This document shows positions 1 through 9,763 of a stretch of DNA of 52,500 nucleotides, piece after piece. The stretch comes from a virus (taxonomy: Duplodnaviria; Caudoviricetes). Made by a program: the position numbers and the translations under genes. How positions within the stretch are numbered: the stretch's first letter is position 1; each line of letters opens with the position of its first letter. The notes beneath the pieces were generated by a model. It saw nothing but the letters and a program-made list of their open reading frames with translations, searched no databases and was not told the origin of the DNA. Location of the stretch: the IMG/VR virus record IMGVR_UViG_3300025138_000057, positions 1 through 52,500 of that record. One strand, written 5' to 3'.

Positions 1-133
1 GTATCCACTGTTGGTCTTTAAATTTGACGTTTTTATTTAAACCTTTAGAAGATTTAAATTTATTTAAATCAAACTTGCTCTTAATCTCGGCAGACACTGC
101 TGCCGAGAGAGACTTTGATATTTTTTTTGCCAT
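1..133 (-). CDS. 5' part of a gene truncated by the window edge; probable RecA/UvsX-like recombinase
   Basis: ATG at 133, open to the edge (MAKKISKSLSAAVSAEIKSKFDLNKFKSSKGLNKNVKFKDQQWI...), starting 2 nt after the SSB stop. Function is inferred from context only; no Walker motif lies in the window. Confidence 0.45.
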   Translation of the reverse strand, partial: MAKKISKSLSAAVSAEIKSKFDLNKFKSSKGLNKNVKFKDQQWI

Positions 134-135
134 AT

Positions 136-966
136 TTAGAAAGGAAGATCATCTGGTTCATTACTTTTTTTATCATCAAATAATGAATCAAATTGATCTA
201 CTTTACTTTGTTTAGCTTTTGTAGTATCTAAACTAAAATTAGTTGAAGGTTGTGTTTCAACAGGTGCTATAGCTGCTTCTTCGTTATCATCATCTTCAGG
301 TGATAACCATTTTTCTAATGCTACCTTCATTTCATCAAATGAATAACGTTTAAATAAATCTCCTTTAGGATTAGGTTGTTCGTTTGTCCATTTTTCTACT
401 AATGCAGCATCTTCACTAAGTGGTGATGTTTTTAATCTTACTCTAACTGATGATTTGTTATAAGGGGTACCTGTTGCTTCCGGTCCTACTGTTTCTACTG
501 TAAGATCTCTTCCACCCACAATATCAGTATAATCTCCAATTTCATCATCAACTGCAAGAGCTAATAATTCTTCATATACTAATTTTCCAAATTGCCATAG
601 TCTAACTCCTTTATCTTCTTCTCCACGTACTACAACGGGAACAAAAATACGGTTTTTAGCATCTAACTTTTTAGCAAGTACATAATTTTCTTTATTATAT
701 TCTCCTTCACGTAGTTTTCCTGCAAATAAAGCAATTGGGTCTTTCTCTCCAAAATTTGTTGGTGAAATCATAACCTTATTTGTAATCCCATAATAGAACT
801 TAAGTTCTACAAAGGGGTTTGAAGAATCAAACGCTGATGGTACAATTCTAATTTGTTGTTTACCTATTGTAGGTTTCCAATAAATTAATGAGTAATCGGT
901 TTTTTGACCACCCTGTGGTTTTGATTGGAGGGTATCCAATTTCTGTTTAAGTTTTGATAAATCCAT
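136..966 (-). CDS. Single-stranded DNA-binding protein, T4 gp32-like
   Basis: WKPTIG..IRIVP, VVVRGEEDKGVRLWQFGK, DYTDIVGGRDL motifs and an acidic C-tail ending DDLPF. Confidence 0.8.
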   Translation of the reverse strand: MDLSKLKQKLDTLQSKPQGGQKTDYSLIYWKPTIGKQQIRIVPSAFDSSNPFVELKFYYGITNKVMISPTNFGEKDPIALFAGKLREGEYNKENYVLAKKLDAKNRIFVPVVVRGEEDKGVRLWQFGKLVYEELLALAVDDEIGDYTDIVGGRDLTVETVGPEATGTPYNKSSVRVRLKTSPLSEDAALVEKWTNEQPNPKGDLFKRYSFDEMKVALEKWLSPEDDDNEEAAIAPVETQPSTNFSLDTTKAKQSKVDQFDSLFDDKKSNEPDDLPF

Positions 967-1006
967 AAATGTAACTAATTTTAATTATAACTGTTTATAT
1001 GTAACT

Positions 1007-1038
1007 CTAATATACGAACTAATATTTGGGGATCCAAA
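1007..1038 (-). promoter_or_regulatory. Bacteroidota sigma-type promoter (TTTG-N20-TATATTAG) upstream of SSB
   Basis: Minus strand TTTG gatccccaaatattagttcg TATATTAG, against the Bacteroidota -33/-7 consensus TTTG-N19-21-TAnnTTTG. Confidence 0.7.
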
Positions 1039-1506
1039 TTATAATTCAATAATTTTGTAAATTTTTGTATTTAATTGATTTAACTCATTATGTTGAGTAA
1101 GTAAAATACAATTTCTATAATGTTGCCAATCAATTTTATAGCTAGTATCAACAACACCACCATTAAGCTTTTTAATAAGTTCATTTAAAGCATTAATAGT
1201 GTATAAGGTATTAGATTCTTTTTTTCTGTGTACTAATATAGTATTTTCGGGTATAGTTCCAATATTAGCTTGTTCAACATTATAGGTAACTACGTATTCA
1301 TCCTTTCCTACTATTTCTAAAACAAACATTTTATTATAAATTATACTATATCTAGTTTGTATATCTGTAAGTAATGCATCCAAACCTTCCAAGTCTGTAA
1401 AAGTGCAAAATAATTTATTATTCAAATCGCTTAAGTTTTGGATGTTACTTATAACATCATAATTCGCGTTATACGTATTAAATTTTTTATTTAAAGTTGT
1501 AATCAT
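1039..1506 (-). CDS. Hypothetical phage protein (155 aa)
   Basis: Intact ORF overlapping the polymerase stop; HRKKESNTLYTINALN segment. Confidence 0.7.
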   Translation of the reverse strand: MITTLNKKFNTYNANYDVISNIQNLSDLNNKLFCTFTDLEGLDALLTDIQTRYSIIYNKMFVLEIVGKDEYVVTYNVEQANIGTIPENTILVHRKKESNTLYTINALNELIKKLNGGVVDTSYKIDWQHYRNCILLTQHNELNQLNTKIYKIIEL

Positions 1507-2755
1507 AACCTTCTATTTCTTTTATATTCAATTTATATTTCGTGAAAATATCTCTAATTTCATCCATTAATTCTGTCTCTTCCTCATCCCAGTCAAATAA
1601 AAATGAATCATAAGTATATAAAACTAGTTTTGTCTTACATCCCCGTAATATACAAAATATATCCCACAATATCAAAATATTTTGAGATGTTTCCATATTT
1701 TGTAGTACATAATTAAATAACTTTTGAGGGTTCATTTCCCCCAAATTTTCCTTTGTATATACAAAATTTGATATAGGACATTCTATAAACCCTTTTTCAT
1801 TAAATTTACTCCAAGTTTCGTTTACAAACCCTTCAATCCTTTTAAAGAATTCCAGGCTTCTATAATTTTTAAATACGCCTCCGTAAAGTTGTTTGAAAGT
1901 AAGCTCTTTTGCCTTTTTATAGTCCACTTTATATAAGGAAGCAAAATGAGAGTGAATATCACTAGTGGGAAAAGTATAATTAACGAGACGAGCAACCAAA
2001 CTAGGATGGTAAGCACTAATGTCAATTTCCACAAATTTATTATTACGTGGAATAAAACTTTTTCTACATCCATTTTCTTTATTAAGTGCTGCATAATTTA
2101 CATTTTTAAATTTATTTGAGGGTCTTGTTGTTGTTGTTTTTAAGTTATACTGAGTGTAGACTGATTTATTATCAACGGGATAAAAGTATTTTTCGAAGGT
2201 TTTATTATGTATTTGTATTCCACTTCTCTCGATAGCGTTGAATACCACGGATACTTTACTGTTATAGAATTCATAATATTTTATTTTTTCTCTGTTAATA
2301 TTCTCTTTTAGATCTCTAAAAATCGTTTCACATAATTCATAATGTTTAACAATAGGTATAATTAAATTTAACTCCGGATTATCTTTATGTTGTCTATAAT
2401 ATAAATCATGTGTTTGTGTTGTAGGTCGTATATATGTAGTAGGGGGTGGATTAATGTCATAAAGAGTTTTGATTGGAAAATAATGTAATATCTCTTTTTT
2501 ATCACGACAATATAATATATCAAACTTATTTAGTAAATCGTTTATACACGTGTTTAACGCATTCAAAGATTCACTATGCGTAATACATACCATAAAGCCT
2601 TTACTCGCTTCAATCGGTCTAATATACACTAAACTTACATGATTTAGTACAGGGTGTATTGTATCATTATAAGGTATTACCTCAATGAAAGCCTTTTTAT
2701 AACCACTATTTATTAAAACATTTAACTGTTCCTCGTTTTCTACAAGCCAGTACAT
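1487..2755 (-). CDS. Compact, divergent family A DNA polymerase-like protein
   Basis: TTTTRPS..VNYAAL (TxTGRLSS..PNLQ-like), motif A EIDISAYHP, motif B KAKELTFKQLYGG, motif C YTYDSFLFD. Confidence 0.75.
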   Translation of the reverse strand: MYWLVENEEQLNVLINSGYKKAFIEVIPYNDTIHPVLNHVSLVYIRPIEASKGFMVCITHSESLNALNTCINDLLNKFDILYCRDKKEILHYFPIKTLYDINPPPTTYIRPTTQTHDLYYRQHKDNPELNLIIPIVKHYELCETIFRDLKENINREKIKYYEFYNSKVSVVFNAIERSGIQIHNKTFEKYFYPVDNKSVYTQYNLKTTTTRPSNKFKNVNYAALNKENGCRKSFIPRNNKFVEIDISAYHPSLVARLVNYTFPTSDIHSHFASLYKVDYKKAKELTFKQLYGGVFKNYRSLEFFKRIEGFVNETWSKFNEKGFIECPISNFVYTKENLGEMNPQKLFNYVLQNMETSQNILILWDIFCILRGCKTKLVLYTYDSFLFDWDEEETELMDEIRDIFTKYKLNIKEIEGYDYNFK

Positions 2756-2778
2756 ATAACCTTTTTATTTCCGTAACG

Positions 2779-3609
2779 TTAATAACCTCCTCCACCACCT
2801 CCAAATGATCCTCCTCTTACTATTGAAGGAGTATAAGTATTTGAACCAGTTGTTGGAGGGGAAGCAACATAATCTAAATAATCATGTGGGTAAGAAACAT
2901 GTTTAGCACCCACCATAGGTCCTTTACTAGGATGAATATGATAAGGCCCAGTATAAGGTCTGCCCGTTTTTCTATTTATAAATTCACTACCATCGGTATT
3001 TAAGTCTTCTTTTATTTTTTCTCCTTTAAAGTATTCAGTATAATTGTTTTGAAAGTATTTTACTACACCCGGAATTTTTAAATTAGTTAAAGTTTGAAAA
3101 TTTTTATCAGATGCAAATTTACGGTTTCCTGAAATTACCCATTCAAATTGAAATGGGGTATAAAGTTGATATTGGGTACCTGCGGAGTTATTTATTAATG
3201 CTGAATAAGTTGATTTATTTATTTCTATAAAAATTAGTTCATTACTTTTTTTGCAGAAATATCTTATTACTTTACCATTCTGGTAATCATTGTCCGTTAT
3301 TTGGAGAGGAGTAAAAATAGGGGGTTGTGAATCTAATGCTTTATATACTTGTGTTCCTTTTGCTGTTTTTAAATAGCTATCCGAAATAAATACCTGAGTG
3401 TTTTTTAATGGTTTATTTATTTCTTTATTTATATTTGAGGGAATTATTAATAATAAATTAGGTTTATCTTGTGGTGATTTACCAGTATAATATTTTCCAT
3501 CCGAAGTTTTAAAATAATGTCCAGAAAATCCATTACCATTTTCTTCATATACAAATTCCCCAGGGTTTGCATGTAAATTAATTTCTATTTGTGATTTTGG
3601 AAAGTACAT
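2779..3609 (-). CDS. Hypothetical protein, probably tail/baseplate associated
   Basis: Last ORF of the tail block; His-rich C-terminal motif YTGPYHIHP..GPMVGAKH..PH. Confidence 0.6.
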   Translation of the reverse strand: MYFPKSQIEINLHANPGEFVYEENGNGFSGHYFKTSDGKYYTGKSPQDKPNLLLIIPSNINKEINKPLKNTQVFISDSYLKTAKGTQVYKALDSQPPIFTPLQITDNDYQNGKVIRYFCKKSNELIFIEINKSTYSALINNSAGTQYQLYTPFQFEWVISGNRKFASDKNFQTLTNLKIPGVVKYFQNNYTEYFKGEKIKEDLNTDGSEFINRKTGRPYTGPYHIHPSKGPMVGAKHVSYPHDYLDYVASPPTTGSNTYTPSIVRGGSFGGGGGGY

Positions 3610-3628
3610 TTAAAGTTATATTTAATGG

Positions 3629-6600
3629 TTAAAAATAATCTGGTATATATTCCGGGACTTGATTAGAATAATATATTCTAGTTTTAATTAAAGCTATTAC
3701 AACATCTTTTATTGTATGATGAGCAGTATCATTTCCACCATAATAACTTATATTTCCTATTCCGTTAGCTACATATCCAACTTCTGCTCCACCACTTTTT
3801 TTAATAGTAGGGATTGATGCAAATTCTTTAGCTAGACTTGTAATAGCAATTTCTAAATTTAATTTTGATGCTGCCACACCACTACCTATATTAGTATTTT
3901 TTATATATTTTCCTACTCTTTCTCTTTTACTAAAAATTAAATATTCAAATAGTTTTTCTTGTACTTCCGGAGTATATCTATCACTTAACTCAACACCATC
4001 TGTGTTTCTTACTGCTAACTTTAAAGTATCAGGAATAAATTGATATTTACCTGTAGCCCATATGGCCCCACTTCTTTCAACTTCTAATTGATTTTGAGTA
4101 ACATCACTTCTAATTTGGCCTCTATCTAATATTTCTTGGATTGTTAATTTTGTTACATCTAAATCCGTTCTTACTGCAAAATTATTATTTTGGTCGTTTG
4201 GATTATTTTTAAATAAAAAGTTAGATATTGTATAATCTCCACCAAAACTTTCTCCTTTTGCTATTAAATCTTTTAGTAGTTCTAATGGATCATCAGGTTG
4301 GTTTTCAACTTCTTCTAGTTGATTATCTGTTGGTATACCATCCCCATCCTTATATCGTTTAAAGTACTTAAGATCTAAATCGGGGTATGAAAAACTATTT
4401 ATTTTAGTTGTCCAATCATTATCGGATATATTATGATTTACTTGTTTAATAATATACTCAAATTTTCCCTGTTTATATTGATAAGGTAAAAAATCTTGGC
4501 TTAAATTTAATCTATTATAAATTTTAATTCCACCTATTCCCTCTAAAGTTAAATCAAAAGAAATAGGGATAAAACCATTATAGCTTAAAGGTGGATATCC
4601 TAATTTAGCACCCGCACTTGCTCTTTTAGAAAGTACTTGTTTCCATAAAGATTTACCTAAGTTTATATAACCAGGATCGCATGCGAAATACATAGAATCT
4701 ATATAAGAAATCATTTTATTTTTAACCGCTGAGCTTAAATTATTCTCATAACCTTTAGAAGTTTGCCCCCCAATAGAATATGCTACATAAGTTCTCCAAT
4801 CTAATGAAGGTTGAATTATAGATTTTTGTCTAAGGTTTCTCGTTACTTGATTATTATGATTAACTGTGTCATCAGAAAAAGCTTGTTCTACAAATTCATA
4901 CGCATAAACATTCCAATACCATTTTCCATTATAATAAACTGTTTTTCTTATAGGATTATAAAGGATTCCTGTCACGACACCACTAATAACATTATAATTT
5001 GTAACAGCATTTACGATTGTTGTGCCTAAAGAGCTGTAGTCTTTCCAATGGGTAGCTAATCTCTTTTTATATTCTTTAATATTTTTTGATGTAGATATTT
5101 CGTAAGGTTTTTCATTAATTATTATATCATTTAAATATCTATTTTTTAAACCTCTATTCCAATATTGTAAACCTGCTCCTTCATAATTTTTAGGAATATT
5201 ACCTTCTCTAACTGCCCCAATAGCTAAAGTACTTGATAATTTACTATCTATAAAAGTATTTAAAGATAAATCTCTTACAAAATTACTAGTATTATCATCT
5301 TGATTGTAACCATATATATTAATATAATTTTTTTTCTCTAAAGGTGGTTTTTCTCTTACTAAAGGATTTAAATCTACAAGTTTTATAATTTCTCCATCAT
5401 CAATAATAGGTTCTAATTGAACTGTATTAGCGAAAGCCCCATTTATTTCATTACATAATTCAGTTAAAAAAGTAAATAGACTTATAGCTCCAGTATTACG
5501 GTCGATATTATTTTCAAATATTTGATATAAACATTCATAATTGATGTATAAATTCATAAGTCTACCGTATACAACATGGTTTCTTCTATTAGCTTTTAAT
5601 TGAATTACAAATTTTTCTAGGGGATATATAGCTCCGGAATCAGCCCCTTGAAAATTTTCATCAGTACGTTCAGCATCACTTCCCCCCTCTACACTAAATT
5701 CAGATTTAATAAATAATCCTCTTCCTGGGTCTTGTTTTGCATGCCAATAATAATCTTCAGGAAAACAGTTTGTCATATCATGGATACAAACTCTTGGATC
5801 TAAAGAAAACTGATCGTCCTGGAGGGATATAAGGTTTGTTTCTTCATCTGTATCTATTCTTAAAATAGGATCTGAGACTTTTTCACATGGAGCCACATAG
5901 GGTATTACTCTTTCCTGAAGTTCATCTAAAAAGTATCCTAAACGAATAAAATTTCGGTATTTTATAGGACATTGATTAGTTCTTTTTTGCGCCGCAGCAA
6001 AAAGATTTGGATAAGGATTTGTAGTAGTGTTTGGTCTTGTTGGACCTGTGGTTGAATATATTGGGATTCTATAAAGATTTTTATTTTCATAATTTATAAA
6101 ACTTTCTGTTCTAACAGTGTTCCATAGCCAAAAACATATTTCATTATCTCTAAATTTATTAATTTTATTTTCTGATAATAATCTATTATATACTTGTTGA
6201 GAAGTTTCTCCTTCTCCTGAAGATAAATCTGTTGCAACGAACTTAGCTCCTGTTTTATCTCCAACAGGAACATTAGCTTTTAGAGATTCAATTACATCTC
6301 CAACACTATACATTTCTAAGACTACATCATAGCTTCCATCTGGGTTAAAAGACCATTGATAATTTGTAACTCTACCTACAAACCCATCATAATTAGCTTT
6401 ATATTTTTCTTTATATATATTAACAAAGTTATATAATTTTAAAAGAGAAGTACATTCACCTTGATCAAACCAGTAATCTTCAATTACAGTATTCATGGTT
6501 TTTTTAAGGGTATTTTTATCTTCATAATATTTATCCCAACCCCATTCTAACATCATTATATACCCTAATCTAAGATATAATAATTCTATAACATCTAATT

Positions 6601-7210
6601 GAAATTTATTAAAAGCTTTAATTGTTACTGTAGCTTTTTTAATAGAGCCCCTATTTAAACATTGGATTTCAGCAGATTCTATTCCAGGCATAGGTTGCAA
6701 CCCAAATTCTGTACCTCCTAAACCATATGCTTTTCCACTATTCCAAAATCCTTTTTTTTTAGATACTCCCTGTCTAAACTGATAAGAGCCTGGTTGGTCG
6801 ACTATTGGAGATTGTGTAGTTTCATCTATTTCATACTCACCATCTTTCATTTTTAATGTTGAGGGGTTTAATTTAGATAAACCATTAAATAATACTGCTT
6901 CTTTGGCTAATTCAATACCACTATAATTAGCTCCAAGACCTAAATCTATAAGCCTTTGTTCTCCACTTTCAATTTTTTTAGAATCTACAATATTATATCC
7001 ATCCTCATCTTGAGTTGTTATGATACCATCACCAATAATTCCAACACCTGAGGCAAGTTTTACCCAAGCATTTCTTCCATTTTGATATATTTGTGATCCT
7101 TGTGTTCTAGGGTCGGAGGAGTCATACCCCTTACCAGCAATAGATTGTCTAGCTTTAATTTGTTTACCTACAAATTCATCAACTTCTTCTCCTATTATAT
7201 TTCCAGTCAT
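3629..7210 (-). CDS. Baseplate hub-like protein with C-terminal lysozyme/lytic transglycosylase domain
   Basis: 1193 aa after the LysM gene. Hub-like PMPGIES..LEWGW..YDGFVGRVTNYQWS and IKQVNHNISDNDWTT segments; C-terminal IAKGES..ATGKYQFIPDTL..EFASIP resembles lambda-type lysozymes. Confidence 0.7.
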   Translation of the reverse strand: MTGNIIGEEVDEFVGKQIKARQSIAGKGYDSSDPRTQGSQIYQNGRNAWVKLASGVGIIGDGIITTQDEDGYNIVDSKKIESGEQRLIDLGLGANYSGIELAKEAVLFNGLSKLNPSTLKMKDGEYEIDETTQSPIVDQPGSYQFRQGVSKKKGFWNSGKAYGLGGTEFGLQPMPGIESAEIQCLNRGSIKKATVTIKAFNKFQLDVIELLYLRLGYIMMLEWGWDKYYEDKNTLKKTMNTVIEDYWFDQGECTSLLKLYNFVNIYKEKYKANYDGFVGRVTNYQWSFNPDGSYDVVLEMYSVGDVIESLKANVPVGDKTGAKFVATDLSSGEGETSQQVYNRLLSENKINKFRDNEICFWLWNTVRTESFINYENKNLYRIPIYSTTGPTRPNTTTNPYPNLFAAAQKRTNQCPIKYRNFIRLGYFLDELQERVIPYVAPCEKVSDPILRIDTDEETNLISLQDDQFSLDPRVCIHDMTNCFPEDYYWHAKQDPGRGLFIKSEFSVEGGSDAERTDENFQGADSGAIYPLEKFVIQLKANRRNHVVYGRLMNLYINYECLYQIFENNIDRNTGAISLFTFLTELCNEINGAFANTVQLEPIIDDGEIIKLVDLNPLVREKPPLEKKNYINIYGYNQDDNTSNFVRDLSLNTFIDSKLSSTLAIGAVREGNIPKNYEGAGLQYWNRGLKNRYLNDIIINEKPYEISTSKNIKEYKKRLATHWKDYSSLGTTIVNAVTNYNVISGVVTGILYNPIRKTVYYNGKWYWNVYAYEFVEQAFSDDTVNHNNQVTRNLRQKSIIQPSLDWRTYVAYSIGGQTSKGYENNLSSAVKNKMISYIDSMYFACDPGYINLGKSLWKQVLSKRASAGAKLGYPPLSYNGFIPISFDLTLEGIGGIKIYNRLNLSQDFLPYQYKQGKFEYIIKQVNHNISDNDWTTKINSFSYPDLDLKYFKRYKDGDGIPTDNQLEEVENQPDDPLELLKDLIAKGESFGGDYTISNFLFKNNPNDQNNNFAVRTDLDVTKLTIQEILDRGQIRSDVTQNQLEVERSGAIWATGKYQFIPDTLKLAVRNTDGVELSDRYTPEVQEKLFEYLIFSKRERVGKYIKNTNIGSGVAASKLNLEIAITSLAKEFASIPTIKKSGGAEVGYVANGIGNISYYGGNDTAHHTIKDVVIALIKTRIYYSNQVPEYIPDYF

Positions 7211-7221
7211 AACTTATATTT

Positions 7222-7560
7222 TTAATATCCTCCATTTCCTGGGGTATTTAATGATATATTTTGATTATTTAACTTATTAAAATTACTAATAATATTACTT
7301 ACATTAAATGGTATTCTAATTTGAGCACCCGGGGATGGGGTTAAAGAATCTTGTCTTAAAAAAGGATTAGCAACTGCTATTATCCACCATAAAGAAGAAT
7401 CTTTATAATATTGTTGTGCTAAAATATCTAATCTATCCCCAATAGTAGTATAAACATATATATCATTTCTTCCAAGGGGAATGTCAGGATATTTAGTGTT
7501 AACATAATATCTTTTTCCCTTATTTGTTCTTATTCTAGGTATGTCATTATATCTTGCCAT
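7222..7560 (-). CDS. LysM/Tail-X-like baseplate protein
   Basis: GDRLDILAQQYYKDSSLWWIIAVAN..PGAQIRIP. Confidence 0.8.
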   Translation of the reverse strand: MARYNDIPRIRTNKGKRYYVNTKYPDIPLGRNDIYVYTTIGDRLDILAQQYYKDSSLWWIIAVANPFLRQDSLTPSPGAQIRIPFNVSNIISNFNKLNNQNISLNTPGNGGY

Positions 7561-7562
7561 AA

Positions 7563-9515
7563 TTACGCTAATTCCGAAGTATCTATATCTGATGTTATAT
7601 CTAGTGGGTTAAAGGGTTGTTCAGATGGGTATAGTAAATTTACCGCATTATCCAAATCACTAGTTTCATTATCTATTTCTTTTTTTATTTCTACTTCAGT
7701 TTTTAGATCAGGATTACCTCCTAAAGAAAAATATCCTGACTTAGCATCTGTGCCAGGTATATAATTTCTGTTAATTCTACTATTTTTTCCTTTACTTTTA
7801 TTAGGTATTGAACTTTCAGATCCATCTTCTGGGTTTCCATAGTTATCTAAAACTACATTGTCATTACCCATATGAACAGAATTTCTAAGTTGAATATATC
7901 TTTCAGGTCCAAAGGAACTAATCCAATTTTCTGCATTATCAACTTCAGCTCCACCCCAAGAAATTTTATCTTCAGAGAATTGATTTTGTTGTACTCTAGG
8001 AGTAAATTCATGTATTGGTATAAATTGAAATCCAGTAACTCTAATCATATGGGGCATTTCTTTTACATCATTTGTTGAATATACTCCATCAGCTAATTTA
8101 GATTTATCAAAGGTTGTTGGTATAGCAATTTCCCATGGGGATTCTGCTGGTACCCCATAATTAAGTGATGTTATAATTCCGGTTTGTTCGGATAAATAAC
8201 CTCCTACTGTTAATGTAACTAAATTTCCTCGCATATACCCGGTATCTGAGAAATCAGGTGTAAGTACTGATGCTAAGTAATTTAATTTTTGGTACATTGG
8301 GATTAATTCCCCTCTAGATTGAGCAGCAACTGTCCATCCTAAATTAATTTGTCTATCAAACCCATTATATCTATAGAATTTTTCACCTCTACCCATATAA
8401 CTAACGTCATTCCATTGAGCAGAATAATTATCCTCCATATTATCTAAAAATGCTCTAAAATGAATATAAGTTTTTTTACTAGGTTGGTCATTATCTATCA
8501 CACCAATTCTAAATTTAACTAAATCATTTTTAACTGGAGAAAGAGTTGCATGGTCACTTTTATATAAGGGCATGGCATTAATTTTATCCAATGGCATATT
8601 CCTTCCATTTTTTCCCTTAGTATAATTACTTCTATTACCTCTTTTACCTGGGTCTCCTAAATTAACTCTTTTTTCTATATTTTTATCAGTATAATTTACT
8701 ACTACACTGGGGATATTTGAATTATTTACATTTGGGGGACTTAAATATTTTCTAAAATCCTGCTTTATTATGCTATCCGTATTAAGAGAAGTATGTTGAT
8801 TTGCAATTAAAGAATAATCCCAAGTAACATAATTATATTTTTGAAATTGGGGGTAAGAGTTATATGTTTTTGATCTACCTGATGCTAAAGAAGTATTTTC
8901 TACTCGTTTAATTCGTGTTCTTCCTATTCCTAAAATAGAATTAGGTCCTCCCCCATAAGAAAATAAAGTAGTATCATTACTATTTAGTTTGTTATTAAGT
9001 AAATCTTTTATTTTACTTCTTTCTCTTTTAGGATTTAATCCTGGGTTTCTATTTCTTTTAGTATAACGTTCATACATAGGAAGACCTAAAGGATCTAAGA
9101 AATTAAATATTCCCGTTGGGTCTATACCTTGTTTATTTAAGTGAACTCCAAAAGCATTACCTGCTGCTTGAAGTAAGGTTGAAGTAGGTAAATAAGCACC
9201 TTCATTTAAAATAAATCTGGGTACTGTTTCTACTCCTATTCTAGAAAGTAAATTTTGTTTAGCTGTAAAAAGAATACCTGCTGGGGATTTTGTATCAGCA
9301 AACATTTTGGTTAATCTAGATACATCCTGTATACTTCTTGCTGGCGCAAGTGTTCCTCCCCTTAATAAAAAATCTGGTCCTAATGGGTCTACTACACCAG
9401 AACCCTCTCCGGGTATAGGAGTTTGAATGTAGGGTTGACCACTATCGCCCCCATCTTTTCTATCTCTACCATACCTTAAGGATTTAAGATCAGTTGTTAA
9501 CGTTAGAAGAGCCAT
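7563..9515 (-). CDS. Tail tube initiator/baseplate-junction-like protein
   Basis: Lies between tape measure and LysM genes; FRAFLD..YSAQW..YMGRGEKFYRYNGFDRQI..GIITSL segment resembles tube-fold baseplate proteins. Confidence 0.55.
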   Translation of the reverse strand: MALLTLTTDLKSLRYGRDRKDGGDSGQPYIQTPIPGEGSGVVDPLGPDFLLRGGTLAPARSIQDVSRLTKMFADTKSPAGILFTAKQNLLSRIGVETVPRFILNEGAYLPTSTLLQAAGNAFGVHLNKQGIDPTGIFNFLDPLGLPMYERYTKRNRNPGLNPKRERSKIKDLLNNKLNSNDTTLFSYGGGPNSILGIGRTRIKRVENTSLASGRSKTYNSYPQFQKYNYVTWDYSLIANQHTSLNTDSIIKQDFRKYLSPPNVNNSNIPSVVVNYTDKNIEKRVNLGDPGKRGNRSNYTKGKNGRNMPLDKINAMPLYKSDHATLSPVKNDLVKFRIGVIDNDQPSKKTYIHFRAFLDNMEDNYSAQWNDVSYMGRGEKFYRYNGFDRQINLGWTVAAQSRGELIPMYQKLNYLASVLTPDFSDTGYMRGNLVTLTVGGYLSEQTGIITSLNYGVPAESPWEIAIPTTFDKSKLADGVYSTNDVKEMPHMIRVTGFQFIPIHEFTPRVQQNQFSEDKISWGGAEVDNAENWISSFGPERYIQLRNSVHMGNDNVVLDNYGNPEDGSESSIPNKSKGKNSRINRNYIPGTDAKSGYFSLGGNPDLKTEVEIKKEIDNETSDLDNAVNLLYPSEQPFNPLDITSDIDTSELA

Positions 9516-9527
9516 TATAATAAAACT

Positions 9528-9719
9528 CTATCCGTTAGTATTATCAGTAGCGTTATCTAAGTTTACTCCACTAGGGATATTAAGTAAGTATTGACCCTTT
9601 GCAAATGTGTTGTTAATTGGTGGGGTAGTACCATCTCTTAAAGGAGCTGTTGGTAATTGACCATTCAATTGACCATCTAATTGGGTTCCTTGATTTTGCA
9701 TCATATTAAAAAGTGACAT
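9528..9719 (-). CDS. Small hypothetical protein (63 aa)
   Basis: Fills the gap on the coding strand and is preceded by an ATATTTATA motif. Confidence 0.6.
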   Translation of the reverse strand: MSLFNMMQNQGTQLDGQLNGQLPTAPLRDGTTPPINNTFAKGQYLLNIPSGVNLDNATDNTNG

Positions 9720-9763
9720 AATTTAAAGTTTTAAGTTATTATTTTATTATAAATATTAATTTT

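Noticed and set aside
24-215. Plus-strand 63-aa ORF and other short plus-strand ORFs
   Set aside because: Overlap well-supported minus-strand genes and have no supporting signals
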